DNA from: Octopus vulgaris
Taxonomy: Eukaryota
Direction of reading: 5' to 3'
Length of the DNA: 64,000 nucleotides
Assembly: GCA_951406725.2 (NCBI GenBank)
Contig: OX597838.1
Span: 36,704,001-36,768,000, forward strand
Part shown: in pieces, positions 13,983-26,167 of the stretch
How positions within the stretch are numbered: the first letter of the stretch is position 1
Layout of the letters: every line of letters begins with the position of its first letter
Made by a program: the position numbers and the translations under genes
Notes under the pieces: model-generated
The model's input: only the letters and a program-made list of their open reading frames with translations
The model's database searches: none
Told to the model about the DNA's origin: nothing

Positions 13983-14297
13983 TACTTAATAAAAGGGTTC
14001 AGCAAAGATTTGCTTCACCACACACCAAAGTTTAGAAATAGCAGCCCAAAATCTTAGCTATTTCTTCTTCTTTAAAAAGGGACTCCTAGAGAAACCAAAA
14101 TACTTGAAGATAATTCACACGGCAGATATTGATTGATTTTCATTGCTTTACTCTCTGCTGTGTGAATTGTCTTCAAGTATTTTGGTTTCTCTAGGAGTCC
14201 CTTTTTAAAGTAGAAGAAATAGCTAAGATTTTTGGCTGCTATTTCTAAACTTCGGTGTGTGGTGAAGCAAATCTTTGCTGAACCCTTTTATTAGTAT
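13983..14297. repeat. Inverted repeat, ~140-bp arms, ~27-nt spacer, inside an element bounded by (TA)n
   Basis: TAATAAAAGGGTTCAGCAAAG...CACACGGCAGA mirrored by TCTGCTGTGTG...CTTTGCTGAACCCTTTTATTA with few mismatches. Confidence 0.93.
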
Positions 14298-14404
14298 TAC
14301 TTAAGTTTACCGTAAATGGTCCTTTTTCATACCGAATTCTACTTGGTGAAATTATTAGTTACTTCTTGATTAATTAATTTTACCCTTTGTTATTATTGAT
14401 ATAT

Positions 14405-14444
<40 letters not shown>

Positions 14445-15697
14445 GAAATTTACAAAAAAAAAAAAACAAAGGACAAAGACAGGTGTATGAATAAGCAGAT
14501 AGAGATATGTTTTATTTAAAATATATATATGTTATGTGTAGTACATATATATGTATACTAATGTTTTATATATGACGTGTGTGTGTATATATACACACAC
14601 ATACAGAGAGAAAGAGTAAGAGAGGAAGTTTCTAGTGGCTCAAGAATATCCTCCTAGGATATTCCACAGAGTGCTTGGCAAATGAACAGAGATTATGGCT
14701 GTAGTGGTGATGATGGTGATAATGATGATGTTGCTAGTGGTTGTGATGTGGGAATTGCTGATAGTGATGATGATGATGATGATGATATTTATAATGACAG
14801 CATTGATAACTACTGTTCCTGGTGGCAGTAATGTTGATGGTAACGATGATGATGATTGTTAAGACAGTGATGATGATGATGATGATGGTAGAGGTGGGGA
14901 AAATGATCACGGCTATAATGATGGCAATGATTCTTAATGGTATTGATAACGTTGATAGTGATGATGATGATGATGACGACAATCATACTGCTGCTTCTGG
15001 TCGCTACACTACTGATAGTGATGATGGTGATGATGTTGATGATGGTTCTATTTCTGGAAGCAGCAATAGTAATGCTGATAATGGTGGAGATGGTGGTGAC
15101 TACGATGCTGATAATAATAATAATAATAAGAAGAAGAAGAATGATGATGATGATAAAGTTGTTTCTTGGTTGCTGCTAATTATGACTGCAATGATGGTGA
15201 TGATGACGATGACGAGAATTGTGATAATGGAATCGGTGGAGCTGGCATCGATGCTGATAGTGGCGCAGGCAGGTGTGGAAGAGGCGTCGGTGTTGGCGGT
15301 TGTGATAGGCATAGATGTGAGTGGGCTGGGACAGCAGGATGTTTCAATGGGAGTTAAATCTTGTTAATGTATTTCCAATAGAAAGTTTAAGCTCTTAATG
15401 AAGATTCGTTTCACTAAACATGTTAAAGTTGTGAAAACAACAACAACAACCACAACAATAACAGCAACACGTTTTATTTATATATTTATATATTTATTTA
15501 TGATTTTCTTACTGTTGTTTCATATATTTTTGTTGATCCCTTTTAGATTTCATTATTGGTCTTTTTGTTGTTTTGTATAATTTGTTCTATGTCTTCCCCC
15601 TCTTTGCTTGTATAACAGCCCTTCCTTCCTTCCTTCCTCACTTTCTTTCAGCCTTTCTCTCTCCTCTCTCACATATATATACACATGTAATATCATA

Positions 15698-15732
<35 letters not shown>

Positions 15733-16037
15733 GTGTGTATTTATGTGCATCTGTATATATGTATGTATATATATATATATATACATATATATGTAATAGA
15801 TATATATATATTTGTGTGTGTGTGTGTGTGTGTGTGTATACACACTAATGCACATGTGTGTACACTAATGTGTCTTCATTTCTTCTAGCTGCATCCGCTT
15901 ATAATTGCTTACCACAACAAACACTTTCAATACCTTTGCCTCTGGCGCCAACACCACCACCACCACCACTACCAGTAACAGCTACAACAATCATCATTTT
16001 CATCAATACTGCCTCTACCAGCACCTGCACCAAGCAC

Positions 16038-16068
<31 letters not shown>

Positions 16069-17640
16069 GTCATCGCTACTACCATAGCTATTTCTTCCTT
16101 CACTGCCACCAGCACCACCAACCAAACCACCACCAGCACCACCACCACCACCAGCACCGCCACTATCAGAGCTCCACAGCTTCATGCTACCATAATAGCT
16201 AAAATGCCCACCACCATCCCGTCACTAATTAAATTCCAGGTTTGCATTTACAAACGATCCGATTGTTCATTTAAAAGTGATAAATCAGAATGCAAACGAA
16301 GAATTTATCAAATCCATCCCATTCGATGCAATGCGATGCGGTGGGGTGGTGGTGGTGGTGGCGGTGGCGGCGGCGGCGTGTGAATCGAAGGTGGTTTGGG
16401 GTGGGGTGGGTGCAGTTTAGGGTGGACGGAGGGTGTGGGTGACAGCATGGGTTGTCAGTGAGTGAGTGAGTGAGTGGATGGGTGGGGGTGGTAGAAATAT
16501 GGAAGTAGGCAAGAGCAGTAGCCCCTCTCCCCCTCCCCCCGGTGGAAAGGAAGGAAGGAAGGCTGGTGGGTAGGAGGGATGGAAGGAAGAATATCGAAAT
16601 CCTTAAATCCCATCGTCACCTGTGCTAAAAGACTTAAACAATGAGTGGAAACAGAAATTATCTCCCCCCCCGTTTCCTCTACCCCCTCCCACTTCACCTC
16701 CCTCCGTTCTCCTATTCCTCCTTCTCCTCCTCCTGTCTCTCCTATTCCCTTTCCCATTTCCCTCCCCCGTCCCCCTCTCTTCCTCCTTGTTTTCGCCAAT
16801 TACTTTCCTCTTCCGCCTTCTTCTCACCAATTCCCATCCTTCCTCCTCTTCGTTTTCACAGATTCCCTTTTTCCTCCTCCTCTACCCTCCTCTTATTTCT
16901 GCGGAAACCCACCACCTCCACTCCTGCCTGCTCTCCCACCACCCCACCCCCGCTATATGCTGCTTAAAATTAGATTAAATTGAAAGGCCCCGAATAATAA
17001 AAGAATAATAAAACATTAAGGATTCCGTTATTGTTTTTATCTCTCTTTGCACCTCCTACCACCCCACTCTCCCACCACTTAATTTGCCCACCTTCACCAC
17101 CACCACCACCACCACTCAAATTATAAAGCCTTCCTCTTGTTTCTTAGCTCTTACTACCCCTGCCTCTCCTTAACCCTTCCCCACCCTTGCCTATATTCCT
17201 GTATTCTTGCCACCAACACACTGGTGACCTCAACCCTCTCAGAAGAAACAGCAGCCAAATTTTCCCCACAACCAGCTGTTGAGCACATTAGAGAATGTAG
17301 CCTTTGATACACTATACTTTGAATCAAAAGGCTGGGGTTGATGTAATTGACTTATTATTCCCTTCCCTAAAGTTTCCGGCCTTGTGCCAAAATTTGAAAT
17401 TAATATTTATTCTACTTTCTAAGATAGTCAGTCAGCAGAGTCGTTAACATTCCATACTAAATGCTTTACAGCATTTTGTCCATCTTTATGTTCTGAGTTC
17501 AAATTCCACCAGAGTCAACTTTACTTTTTACCCTTTAAGGGTCAATTAAATGAATACCAGTTGAGCACTGGGATCAATGTAATCAACTTAAGCTCTCCTC
17601 TAAACTTGTTGAATCCCAAAATTTAAAACCAATATTCTAG

Positions 17641-18108
17641 TTTCTTATTTCTTTATTGCCCACAAGGGGCTAAATATAGAGGGGACAAACAAGGACAGAC
17701 AAAGGGATTAAGTCGGTTACATCGACCCCAGTGTGTAACTGGTACTTAATTTATTGACCCTGAAAGGATGAAAGGAAAAGTCGAACTTAGCGGAATTTGA
17801 ACTCAGAATGTAAAGGCAGACGAAATACCTATTTCTTTATTGCCCACAAGGGGCTAAATGAAGTTGCAGACAAAATACCTATTTCTTTATTACCCACAAG
17901 GGGCTAAACATAGAGGGGACAAACAAAGACAGACATAGGCATTAAGTGAATTACATCGACCTCAGTGCATAACTGGTACTTAATTTATCGACCCCGAAAG
18001 GATGAAAGGCAAAGTCGACCTCGGCGGAATTTGAACTCAGAACGTAACGACAGACGAAATACGACTATGCATTTTGCCCGGCGTGCTAACATTTCTGCCA
18101 CCTCGCCA
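17641..18108 (-). mobile_element. tRNA-derived SINE family D, internally duplicated
   Basis: Reverse complement of GGCG..GAG.TGGCAGAA...GAGTTCAAATTCCGCCGAGGTCGACTTTGCCTTTCATCCTTTCGGGGTCGATAAATTAAGTACC; the central block resembles the Deu/Nin SINE domain. Confidence 0.85.
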
Positions 18109-18454
18109 CGTTTTTTTTTTTTTTTTTTTTGGAAAATTCTATCTGAGCCATGTAAAAGTGTACATTAAATGACGACAATGATGGTGGGTGCTGGATGCTG
18201 CAGTAGAGTTGATAGCGGTTATTATCTACCATCACTCCAAAACAATTAAATAGCTATGACGACCAATAAGCATTTCGCCCGGCATGCTAACGTTTCTACC
18301 AGCTTGCTGCCTTAACCAATATTCTAGTTTCTAAGGTAGCTAGTTAGCAGAATTGTTTGCAAGCCAGGCAAAGTGCTTGGCGATATTTCATCCATCTTTA
18401 TGTGAGGCAGCGAGATGGCAGAGTAAGTGCACTGTGCAAAATATGTAATGCTAA

Positions 18455-18922
18455 TAGCCATGTGTTGAGAGGGATTCTGGGGGGTGTGAATAATTCGCCT
18501 CTGGAAACATGGGTGTTTCATTCAACATCCTTAAACAACCCATGTGACCTCATGGTTAGGATTCCTGGCTTTCACCCAGGCGGCCCGGGTTCGATTTCCT
18601 GCATTGGAATGGCATTTCTGTTTCAGCGGTGGTGCCCCAGCATGGCCGTGGCCTTCGGGCTAAAACATTTTTAAGGATTTTTTTTAAGGATTAACCCTTA
18701 TTCAGGGACCTTTGGAGTGGGATGGGCTACTCAACCAGAAGAAAATTCTAACTAGGCCCAACCTGCAAGGTCATGTGCTGTTTATCTTGATCACCATGTC
18801 GCGCACATATGGTTGTGATGCATGTGCCTGGTGTACCCTTATCAGACGGGTAGTCGTGATGGGTATACTGGGCTTCATATATTTTACCCCAGTGTCACTT
18901 TGATGGCATGCACTGCTCTCTC
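18455..18922. mobile_element. Interspersed repeat family E, opposite orientation to the 30003 and 31800 copies, interrupted by a tRNA-Glu-derived insertion
   Basis: Reverse complement of 31800-32120; broken at AACCC. Confidence 0.85.
18538..18609 (+). pseudogene. tRNA-Glu(TTC)-derived sequence, head of a ~150-bp SINE-like insertion (to ~18692)
   Basis: GGTTAGGATT-CCTGG-CTTTCAC-CCAGG-CGGCCCGGGTTCGATT matches eukaryotic tRNA-Glu(TTC); acceptor, D and T stems mismatched; AACCC duplication at 18537-41 and 18693-97. Confidence 0.8.
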
Positions 18923-19299
18923 ACATAATAATGATAATGATAACATCACAAAAGAAAGTACCTTAGGTAGGAGAAGCCATGGTCGGGTTCAAAATTCTAC
19001 CTGGAGGTTGGAGAGTAAATCACCATCATCATCATCACAACAATAACCGTCCAATCTCAACCATCACTACCACCACCACCATAACCATCACCACCACCAC
19101 AACTACTATCATCATCCAGCCATCACCAACAAGCATTGAGCATCAACCAACACCATCATAATCATCGCCATTATGACCACCACCACCGACAACCATAACA
19201 CCACCATCATCATAATCATCATTTCTGACACTGAAATTGAACACCACCACCGCTGCCGTTGTCATCATCATCATCATCTCTGACACCAAAATCAAGCAC

Positions 19300-19740
19300 C
19301 ACCATCACCAACAGCCCCACCACCACCACCATCACCACCACCACCATCACCACCACCACCACCACCACCACCACCACCACCACCATCACCACCACCACCA
19401 CCATCACCATCACCATCATCACCAGCACCACCATCACTATCACCACCACCATCACCATCACCATCACCACCACCACCACCACCATCACCACCACTACCAC
19501 CATCACCACCACCACCACCATCACCATCACCATCACCATCATCACCACCACCACCATCACCACCACCACCACCACCACCACCACCATCACCACCACCACC
19601 ACCACCATCACCATCACCATCATCACCAGCACCACCATCACTATCACCACCACCATCACCACCACCATCACCACCACCACCACCACCAACAGCACCATCA
19701 CCATAGCTGCTGCCACCACCACCACCACCACCACCAGTAC
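19300..19740. repeat. (CAC/CAT)n trinucleotide array
   Basis: Directly visible; gives poly-His/Thr/Gly/Val pseudo-ORFs. Confidence 0.95.
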
Positions 19741-20322
19741 TAACAATTAAATGGAGCATTCTCATGGTTATTCCTCACATTTAACATTACTACAGCACAA
19801 ACACAACCCCTAAACATCCCCTACACCTTCCCACCATCACCTCCACCTCCACCACGCACCAACCAACCAACCAACCGACCGACCGACCAACCAGCCTACC
19901 ACACCAACCAACGAAACAAACAAACAGACCTACCTTTTACCATTCCATCCAAGACTCTCTACTTACCATTTTCACACGTTTTCTCTTTTTCCCTTCTCCC
20001 ATCCATCCATCCATCCATCCATCCATCCATCCATCCATCAATCCTTCCTTCCTTTCCTCCTTCCATCTTTCCTTCCCATCCATCCTTGAGGTGAAATGCG
20101 CTTTTGTTGTTTGAAAGATTTTCAAGTTAAAAGAATTCTCCAAGACAAAATCTAAACCAAAACCTGAAAATTTGTTTTGGAATTGTCTCCTCTAAATCGG
20201 ATTTAAGAGACCAATTTATTTACATATATTTTGTTTGTGCTTTGGTTTATTTGTTTCCCGCTGCATTCATTATTATCATTATTACTATTATTATTATTAT
20301 TGTTGTTGTTGTTGTTGTTGCG

Positions 20323-20361
<39 letters not shown>

Positions 20362-20619
20362 GTTAAATCTGCGTTTGCAGCACGATGGGAATTGTTACAA
20401 TTGATTGAGTTAATAGTGTGTCAGCCTACCGGCATATTTGATCGTTTTCCAACATTCCCCGCTCGCTCGCAATGGATAGAGTGAGAGTGCTCAGGTGTCA
20501 GAGTTGTCAAAATGTAACATTGCATTGTGAAGGCTTTCATCATGTCCTCACGAAAAATCCCTCTGTCAGGGAGTTAATGATGCATTGATCAGTTTTGCTT
20601 CCTTCTCTCTGGCTGTTCT

Positions 20620-20771
20620 TATCTATCTATTTATCTATCTATCTATTCACCTGTCTATCTATCTATCTATCTATGCACCTGTCTCTCTATCTATCTGTCA
20701 GTCTATCTATCTATCTATATCTATCTATCTACCTGTCAGTGTATCTATCTGTCTATCTATCTACCTGTCAG

Positions 20772-20811
<40 letters not shown>

Positions 20812-20841
20812 CCTATCTATATCTATCTATCTACCTGTCAG

Positions 20842-20897
<56 letters not shown>

Positions 20898-20965
20898 CCT
20901 ATCTATATCTATCTATCTATCTACCTATCTATATCTATCTATCTACCTGTCAGTCTATCTATCTA

Positions 20966-21021
<56 letters not shown>

Positions 21022-21085
21022 CGTCTGTTGATTATCTATCTATCTATCTACATACCTATCTACCTACTTACCTACCTACCTACCT
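20620..21085. repeat. (ATCT)n tetranucleotide array with ACCTGTCAGT interruptions
   Basis: Directly visible. Confidence 0.95.
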
Positions 21086-21537
21086 TCTTTCTTTCTTTCA
21101 TTCATTCTTTCTTTCTTTCTTTGTATTTCGTCCCTTCTGTGTTCAGCTCTGTGTGGCCAATAAAGAAGCATTATCCATCCATCCATCCATCCATCTCTGC
21201 ATCCATCCACTTGTCTATTAATCTATCTATCTATCTACTTTGAATGTCTCTGTATCTATCTTTTTACTTGTATGTGTATGTGTGTGTAGCTTAGTGGTTA
21301 GGGTGTTGGACTCATGGTCATAAAATTATGATTTCAATTCCTGGACCAGGCAATGCATTGGGCCCTTGAGCAAAACTCTTCATTTTACATTGCTGCAGTC
21401 CACTGATCTAGTAAAAGTGAGTAACCCTACAATGGACTGGCATTCCATCCAGGAGGGGAAATGTGCACCACAAAAACCAGGAAAATGGCCCCATGATTCT
21501 AAAAGTCTCTGGAAGACTCTATATTTTTTATATCCTA

Positions 21538-22417
21538 CTAGCATTAAAGACCCGTCGTTGCCGGGTCATAGTGCTAGTGCATGTATATATGTATATATAT
21601 ATATATATATGTGTGTATATATTACATGTACATCTATATATATACATCTACACATAAAATGCAAAATACACAGTTATATCTTGATATCGCTAGTGATAAC
21701 AATACTCAAAATATATAACAGACTGGAATTGTTAGCTCTTCTTTTTTCTCTACATTGTATACTTTATAGACAATAGTCTTTTCTTTAATTTAATTTTTTA
21801 TTATCCATCTGGACTATTCCATTTCTGCACGCTAATTCTATTTTTAATTTATTCCCATTCACGTGAAACCACTTATTCAAGTTCAAATCATTGATGCAAT
21901 TTTATACCAATTGCTATTTTTACTTTTGTTATGTTACGATTATATTATACTTTAGTTTGATTTTAATTATTACTTACTACATACAATTCAATTGTTATTA
22001 TTATTTTTATTGTTAAAGTGAAAGTATCTGACATAAAATAGAGAAACGTTTTTGTTTCACTTTTAACACGTAATACTGAAATAGTGGAGAAGATATGATA
22101 TTGCTATGGGCTTGCTCTAGGCAAGAAGTTGAACTTTTTTTTTGTCCATGAAACTACATGTGTAAAGTAAGGCATGTGTAAAATTTGAATGGAATTGGTC
22201 GTGTAGTTCTCAAGTTTTAGGGAATCGTAGTGGAGAAGATATGATATTGCTGTGGGCTCGCCCTAGGCAAAAAGTTCAAAAAGTTTTACCGATGACACTC
22301 CCCGGACCCTAAGTAAGGCATGTGTAAAATTTGAATGAAATTGGTCGTGTAGTTCTCAAGTTTTAGGGAAATACACAGACAGACAGACACACATTCTCAG
22401 TTTTATATACATAAAGA
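21538..22417 (-). mobile_element. Non-autonomous Helitron, both ends present
   Basis: On the minus strand it starts A|TCTTTATGTATATAAAA then (TGTC)n, and ends with hairpin GACCCG-7nt-CGGGTC (21549-21567) followed by CTAG|T; A/T insertion site without TSD; internal ~145-bp tandem pair at 22082-22370. Confidence 0.85.
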
Positions 22418-23130
22418 TTCTTCCTTTCGGGGTTGATAAATTAAGCACCAGTTGCATACTGGGGTTGATCTAATCGACTAGCCCCCTTCCCAAAAATTTT
22501 GGGCCTTGTGCCTAGAATAGAAAAGATTCTATTTATTTTTATTAATCATTTGTTTGTTATTCAATGCTGTGTTTTTGTTGCTTCGGGGTTTTGCCAGTCT
22601 TTGCTAATTGTCCAGTTTCTATGGTGATCTGTCCTTTGGTAGTTTCGCTCATTACATTTTCTTTGATTACAGAATCCAAGACTGGGAAATGCTTCCTCTC
22701 ATTCCAGCTGAATGCTATTCATTTGGATTGTATATAACTGTGGAATTCAAAAAAGGGTTGCTAAAGGCACAGCAGTCACTAGCAAAATTGTTTCATAATT
22801 AAAGTCAGGATCTGGGGAGAATCAGAACTGCTATTTTAAACAATGGTTTTTCCTCATGCTAAGCATTCCGTCCATGACAATCCTACATTTTCATATATAA
22901 TCTATTACGCTGGAAATATAACTTTACTTTGTTTTTGTTTTCATTCTTAAAGACAGTAGGTACATAATAATGAGGACATTTGGCTGTTATTTCTATTTCT
23001 GTTACCTCTTTGACTCATTTGATAGATAAATATGTGGATATCTATGAATCTATGTCTATACCTGTATACTTATAAATATGCATGTATACACACATACATA
23101 TATACATATTCATACTTTTATATATATATT

Positions 23131-25120
23131 GTGACTACATAACTAATTTCCCGTTTGAATTCATCAAGAAACAAAAACACAGCCCTAACTTCAACAAAAG
23201 AGAATGGAACGACCTCATCAAACTAAGAGAAGACAAAACAATAACAATTAAGGAGGCAGATAAGGGCAACGCGATAGTAATAATGAATACAAACAATTAT
23301 AAAAATTTAGTGCTATCCCTATTAAGAGATGAAACGTATTATGAAAGGGCCCAACAGTATAACCAGCAAAAAATAATGCATAACCTTAGGACATTAATCA
23401 ACACATACCAAGAAGGACTCACGAACAAGGAGTATGAATACATCACTAACTTCAAATGCAAATCGAGTTTGTTCTATGGTATCCCTAAGGTACACAAAAG
23501 CCAAACCATTAGAGAAACGTGCAAAACATCCACCGACACACTCATCAAAATCCCTTCACCAAATGATCTTAAACTAAGACCGATAATAGCAGGGCCAGCA
23601 TGTGAAACTCACCGCCTCAGCAATTTCTTAGACACACTTCTTAAACCTTTCCTAAAACACATCAAAAGCTACGTAAGAGACGATATAGATATGCTCAACC
23701 ACCTCCCTAAAACAGTCAATGAGAAAACCCTTCTAGTATCATTCGACGTAGTTAATCTTTATTCTAACATCCCTCACAACCTAGGAATAGAAGCAATCAC
23801 CTTCTGGCTGAATAACTACCCCTTTGAACTCCCAACTCGCATAAACAAAGACCTTATAATAGAAGGACTTAGATTCATTTTAGAGAACAATTATTTTATT
23901 TTTTTTCGGGAACAGCGATGGGCACGCGTACTGCACCATCTTTTGTCAACCTAGTGATGGGATACCTCGAGAAAATACTATACCGGATGACACTCGAGAA
24001 ATATGGAAACACCTTCGCCACCTATATCCATAACAACTGGAAAAGATACCTCGATGACTGTTTCATCATCTGGGACAAAGGCATAGAGAAACTTGAGGAA
24101 TTTAAAATTCTATTAAATGGAATAAATGACAATATACAATTCACGATGGACCACAACGAAAAAGAATTACCATTTTTAGACATCCTCATTAAGAAAACCG
24201 GCAACAAAATAGAGACAGATATCTACTATAAACCGACAGACTCTAAACAGTACCTACCCTTTGATTCATGCCACCCACGACACACTAGAATGAATGTCCC
24301 TTTTTGTTTAGCTAGAAGGATTTGCACCATAATATCAGACACAAACACCCGACACACACGTCTCCAGGAACTTAGAACCACACTCACAAATAGAAACTAT
24401 CCACAGCCCCTAATAGACAGTGCAATCCAACGGGTACTTAAATTAAGTATAGAAGACCTGAGACAAACAAAACCAAAAAAGAAAGAACAATTAAAAACCC
24501 TTCCCTACATCTCTACACACAACCCACTCAACAATGAGGCCTTCAACACCATACTACAAAGCACAGCCCTACTAAAGGGAGACCCAAAGATGAACCGGAT
24601 CCTAGAAACACACACCATCATTAAAAGTAAACGGCAACCAAAATCCTTGAAAAGGATTTTAACCCAAGCTACACTGCACTCAACATCAACCACAAAACCA
24701 GCAGTTAGAAAATGTGGAAGGCCCAACTGCGGAATCTGTGTCATCTTGAAAGAAGGATCAGAATTTATACTGGAACAAGGCCACCAGTTCACCATTAGAA
24801 CAAACTTCACCTGCGCATCAGAAAACTTAATTTACGTCATAACATGCGCAGGCTGCAATAGGCAGTATATAGGCCATACAAAAAATAGCTTACGTAACAG
24901 GATGGCGGTGCATAAATCACAAATTAGAAACCCTGATTACCGCAAAATACCGGTCAGCGGACACATAGATAGATGTGCTGGAAATGTAAATCCGAAATTT
25001 ACAACTAACCCGCTCTATAAATTCAGTGACAACGCAACCTTCACACAACGCCAAAATAAAGAACTATATTTCATAAAAAAATTTAGACCAAGTTTAAACA
25101 CCCTGGGCCAGGAATACTAA
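23131..25120 (+). pseudogene. Penelope-like retroelement ORF (reverse transcriptase + GIY-YIG endonuclease, Neptune-like), 5'-truncated with one deletion/frameshift near 23900
   Basis: Motifs IKEADKG, FYGIPKVHK, LRPIIA, SFDVVNLYSNIP, GTAMG..TAP, RYLDDCF, LPFLDI; linker CGRPNCGIC; endonuclease NLIYVITCAGC..YIGHT...R...H. Two overlapping ORFs join at the T-run ~23895-23906. Confidence 0.95.
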
Positions 25121-25285
25121 AACAAAAGATAAGTCCTCCGAAAAGGAGAACCAAATTTCACCACGGCCGCTACTTCAAACAGACACTCACTCTGACGGAA
25201 ATATGCCTTAGTAAAAAAGGAAAAAAATTATTTCGTGCAAATCTGACCCTGATACATACGATACAGCTAAGGGTCAGACCCGATT

Positions 25286-25685
25286 CTGATTGGTCAACAA
25301 GTTGATGACGTCTAGCTCTGCTAGAATGGACAGGATACAAACAGGGGACAGTCATTAGTCAGAATATTGATGACGTCCTTTTCTGCTTGAATAGTCACCT
25401 AACAAGTACAGACAGGGGGCAGATCTAATGTAGCTATAAGTCGTGATTGGGCAGAATCTGGATGACGTCCCGCTATGCTTGACTAACGAAGTGACTGGTC
25501 AAGACAGGAAACAAACAAGAGGGAGTTATAATGCAGCGATTGGTCAAAATAATGATGACGTCCCGTTCCACTTGATTAAAGCCACCTAACGAAACGATTG
25601 GTCAAAACATTGATGACGTCACGCTACGCTAGATTGACCACCTAACAGGCATTATAAAACCGAGCATTTCACAAAAACTCACTAG
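25286..25685 (+). promoter_or_regulatory. Pol II promoter of the pseudo-LTR: 5x (ATTGG-N10-GATGACGTC), TATA box, Inr
   Basis: Modules near 25289, 25354 (ATTAG), 25446, 25539 and 25597; perfect CRE TGACGTCA at 25614-21; TATAAAA at 25653-59; TCACT Inr-like with A at 25681, 28 nt after the TATA start. Confidence 0.75.
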
Positions 25686-26002
25686 AACCACCCAGCGAAC
25701 TTCCACCATGGGTCATCACAATTGCTTAAGGTAAAAATGAATTCCTCGCTCTTTCGGAAACATCAATCTTCTGTATTGACCGCTTTCCACCACTTTGATC
25801 TGTTTTTTGTATTGAATACGTATCGCCACCGTGGGCCACTGCATCGAACACTTTGAACATATACTTCAAACTATATATCAACTATACATGAACTATATAT
25901 CAACTATACATGAACTCTAAGATGTCTGACTCCGTTGTGTATTATAAATGAATTTCTTGTGTTTGACGGCATGAGCTGTCTCTTTTTATATATAACTTTT
26001 TT

Positions 26003-26036
26003 TTGATAAGGTTCATTTCAGGAACTGAAACATGTT
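26003..26036 (+). ncRNA. Hammerhead-like motif with U3-A8 core in the PLE pseudo-LTR
   Basis: TTGATAA-GGTTC(ATTTCAG)GAACT-GAAAC-AT-GTT; palindromic AACATGTT; stem I weak. Confidence 0.55.
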
Positions 26037-26167
26037 ATAATGTATATATAAAAATTAAAAATTGTATAATACAGCAGCATTTTCGAACTTCATTTTTTAC
26101 AAATATATATATATATATATATAAATATATATATATTTGTAAAGTCATAAATGAGGGAGAAATAATT

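Larger units (their letters stand above)
25121..26102 (+). mobile_element. 3' UTR / pseudo-LTR of the Penelope-like element
   Basis: Follows the stop codon, contains promoter modules, ATG mini-exon, donor and a hammerhead-like motif, and ends abruptly at (TA)n. Confidence 0.8.

Noticed and set aside
14822-15367. 181-aa Met/Asp-rich ORF
   Set aside because: Degenerate (GAT/GGT)n low-complexity sequence.
18538-18609. Functional tRNA-Glu gene
   Set aside because: Mismatched acceptor, D and T stems; SINE-like tail and TSD.
19219-19765. Poly-His/Thr/Gly ORFs
   Set aside because: (CAC)n array open in most frames; no convincing splice context or unique coding sequence.
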